In this document: positions 25,931-28,034 of the stretch, piece after piece
How the letters are laid out: every line of letters begins with the position of its first letter
Numbering within the stretch: the stretch's first letter is position 1
From: a bacterium
Lineage (GTDB): Bacteria > Hinthialibacterota > Hinthialibacteria > Hinthialibacterales > Hinthialibacteraceae
Reading direction: 5' to 3'
Length of the DNA stretch: 28,034 nt
Assembly: GCA_041946805.1 (NCBI GenBank)
Contig: JBHGBC010000076.1
Span: 1 to 28,034 of the forward strand
Program-made: the position numbers and the translations under genes
The notes under the pieces: generated by a model
Seen by the model: only the letters and a program-made list of their open reading frames with translations
Databases searched by the model: none
Told to the model about the DNA's origin: nothing

Positions 25931-26794
25931 TTATGGATAATCCCGCGCCAGCCGGAATCCCAGGCATCCGAAGCGCGCCCCGGGTGAAAAACGATACGCC
26001 GAGCGGCACTGCCCGGCGCTGCTCGCCCAATGGCCGCCGCGTTTGACATGCTGGATTCCGGAAACCGGTCCCGTGGGATTGGTCTGCGCGGAGGCCGGAT
26101 ACGGTCCATACCAATCCCGGCACCATTCCGCCACGTTCCCCGCCATGTCGTACAATCCCCACGGATTCGGCAAGCGGATCCCCACTTCCCGCGGCCCGGC
26201 TTGGCTTTGATTCCCCTCGTACCAGGCATTTTCGGTGATTTGTACCGATCCGGGATCCGGTCCCCAATAGAACGGGCCGGTTGTCCCCGCACGGCACGCG
26301 TATTCCCACTCAGCTTCCGTGGGCAAGCGGAACGTTTCCTGTCCCAAGGCATTCAACTTGGCGATGAACCGGAGACAATCCTCCCACGATACTGTCTCCA
26401 CTGGTTGATTGCCATTTCCCTGGAAATAGGAAGGATTGCTCTCCATGAGCACCGTCCATTGGGCTTGCGTGACCTCGTAGCGGCCCAGGTAGAAATCACG
26501 GGAGATCGTCACCGGATGCCGAGGACTTTCCATGCTATGCCGGTCCGGATCGTCTTCCGCGCTGCCCATCAGAAACGTTCCGGCGGGAATGAGTACCATG
26601 TCCAGCGGTTTCGCGTCTTGGGGTAGGTTGGGAAGCCGGATGGTACGAATCGGATGCTTCGACGCAGGCTCCAGCTCCGGGGGAACTGGGGATGGGGATT
26701 CATTTCGTGAACACGACATCGGCAGAATTCCACCGCCGGCCGCCATCCACCACGTACAGAAAAAGCCGATAACCCGCCAGCCGGTAAAACGCAT
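25931..26794 (-). CDS. Formylglycine-generating enzyme (FGE-sulfatase/SUMF1) family protein, probably exported
   Basis: MVLIPAGTFLMGS, FYLGRYEVTQAQW, PVETVSW, FRLPTEAEWEYACRAG, PNPWGLYDMAGNVAEW, RGG.W, LGFRL. Hydrophobic N-terminus with a possible lipobox Cys (LPMSC). Confidence 0.93.
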   Translation of the reverse strand: MRFTGWRVIGFFCTWWMAAGGGILPMSCSRNESPSPVPPELEPASKHPIRTIRLPNLPQDAKPLDMVLIPAGTFLMGSAEDDPDRHSMESPRHPVTISRDFYLGRYEVTQAQWTVLMESNPSYFQGNGNQPVETVSWEDCLRFIAKLNALGQETFRLPTEAEWEYACRAGTTGPFYWGPDPGSVQITENAWYEGNQSQAGPREVGIRLPNPWGLYDMAGNVAEWCRDWYGPYPASAQTNPTGPVSGIQHVKRGGHWASSAGQCRSAYRFSPGARFGCLGFRLARDYP

Positions 26795-26824
26795 GGCAAA
26801 CCGATCCTAATCCCCTCTCCATTG

Positions 26825-26884
26825 GATTCATCCGGCGCACGGCTGCCGTTGGGTGAATCTGCTGAATTCATTTCCGGATGAATC
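26825..26884. repeat. 11-bp perfect inverted repeat in the intergenic gap
   Basis: GATTCATCCGG (26825-26835) and CCGGATGAATC (26874-26884). Confidence 0.6.
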
Positions 26885-26898
26885 GTTTCTATTCTATA

Positions 26899-27780
26899 TC
26901 ACTTTTGCCTTGCGTGTTCTTGGGCGGTCATTTTCTGCATTGCTGGGGTCAGACTCGGCTCCATCATGCTCCCTAGCCCATTTTCCCGCGGACGCGGCCA
27001 ATCCGTTGGAGTCGAAAGAGTCTCTTCGCCTTCGACTTTCTGGAGATTGCTCTGGGCCATCGGGGCCTCGGCCATGGTTGGCGATTTAGAATCAGGCAGT
27101 TCCGGTTTTGGCGTTTCTCGTACCAAAGGCACGCGGGATGAAAACCGGGATGGAGGCCGGTCCGGTTTTATTCCCAAGGTCGGCTCGTCCTCCTGCACTT
27201 GTTCCGGGATGCTTGGTTGACCCGGTGATGCCAGCGGGGACTCGGCCTCCACCATGGCCGGGCGGTGGATTGAATTACCAGGGATTGAATTACCCGGATG
27301 GCCGGGGGTTGAATGGCGGCCAGACGGAGGGATTGGTTCGGAAGGGGACCTGGCGAACATTTCGAGACGGACAGGCCGTTGTTCTTTGCCTTCGAGGATC
27401 ACCACCGAACTGTCGCCAATCTCCCGCACCACGCCCTGGCCCACGCGGTCCCCCACCTGGACGGATTGGCCGTCGATGACAGCGGTTTCCATGTAAATCG
27501 CGGTGAGTTTGGAACTCGTTTCTTGCTTGATAAATATGTTCCGCGGCGGGAATTGCGGTTTCCCTAGCGGAGAACGATCCCGCGAACGGGCCACCGCCTC
27601 TATTCCGCCGGGGCTGGACTCTTTCATTTCGAGCATGATCCGGTCCACTGCTTCCAGTCCCCGGGAGGCCGATTGCCAGGAAAAAACAAGGCTTATCTCC
27701 AAGATCAGGACCACCATAAGGAAAAGCGTGGAAAATAAAATCCGGTGGAGAAGCGTGACAGGATTCAAGGGGGCTTTCAT
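26899..27780 (-). CDS. Single-TM hypothetical protein with GspC/PilP-like small beta domain and Pro/Ser-rich tail
   Basis: ATG 27780 behind AGGAG; TM ILFSTLFLMVVLILEISLVF; RNIF...KLTAI...AVIDGQSVQVGDRVGQGVVREIGDSSVVIL resembles the T2SS-C HR domain; low-complexity C-terminal half. Confidence 0.6.
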   Translation of the reverse strand: MKAPLNPVTLLHRILFSTLFLMVVLILEISLVFSWQSASRGLEAVDRIMLEMKESSPGGIEAVARSRDRSPLGKPQFPPRNIFIKQETSSKLTAIYMETAVIDGQSVQVGDRVGQGVVREIGDSSVVILEGKEQRPVRLEMFARSPSEPIPPSGRHSTPGHPGNSIPGNSIHRPAMVEAESPLASPGQPSIPEQVQEDEPTLGIKPDRPPSRFSSRVPLVRETPKPELPDSKSPTMAEAPMAQSNLQKVEGEETLSTPTDWPRPRENGLGSMMEPSLTPAMQKMTAQEHARQK

Positions 27781-27896
27781 GGCGGATTCTCCTCTCCCAC
27801 ACGGAGGCAAGACCCGGATGAAAAGTCTGATCCGGAACGGCCGAGGCAGGGCATGGCTGACTTGTTCACATCATAGGAAGGGAAACCAGATGGGAA

Positions 27897-27939
27897 TATC
27901 GGTAAAAATGCCTATTTTATGTCAGCATTTTTGCCTACA
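27897..27939. promoter_or_regulatory. Tandem palindromic operator-like sites related to those at 19653-19697
   Basis: TGTCAGCATTTTTGCCTACA (27920-27939) matches TGTAAGTAATTTTACCTACA (19677-19696) at 16/20. A second copy TATCGGTAAAAATGCCTATT lies 23 bp away (27897-27916). Confidence 0.55.
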
Positions 27940-28034
27940 AGAACACCCTGATGAATGGACGAACAATCTCGAATAGGCTGACGGAACGGCAAAAAGTCTC
28001 CTCATGGTGGTGCAGACATCTTGTCTGCGCAAAA

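Noticed and set aside
25931..26060. Diversity-generating retroelement targeting the FGE protein
   Set aside because: No reverse transcriptase and no second copy of the 3' region seen in the window; a remote DGR cannot be excluded.

Overview
GC-rich bacterial DNA; the protein families present suggest a PVC-like or candidate-phylum organism (inference only). Nearly all of 2.2-27.8 kb is a minus-strand gene run. In transcription order it encodes: a GspC-like membrane protein; a non-catalytic FGE/SUMF1-family protein; a ~1700-aa sensor kinase (lectin/Ig-like repeats, beta-propeller, Y_Y_Y, HisKA_3); a NarL/LuxR regulator; and a MoxR-type cluster (coiled-coil membrane protein, MoxR AAA+, DUF58, BatA-vWA, double-vWA) ending in a ~2970-aa secreted TPR protein with a C-terminal PA14-like domain. 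The TPR gene holds an in-frame ~2.4-kb AT-rich block inside otherwise GC-rich sequence. A shared 20-bp palindrome occurs in tandem pairs upstream of both the MoxR cluster and the block containing the two-component genes, suggesting one regulon. Three copies of a REP-like hairpin lie in intergenic gaps. The first 2.2 kb is a mostly AT-rich, decaying plus-strand patch: an ORF with an in-frame TGA, a Cys-rich secreted small protein, a truncated membrane-protein gene and a TOPRIM primase remnant. No rRNA, tRNA, CRISPR array, integrase or reverse transcriptase was recognised. All domain calls come from motifs read by eye, not database searches.
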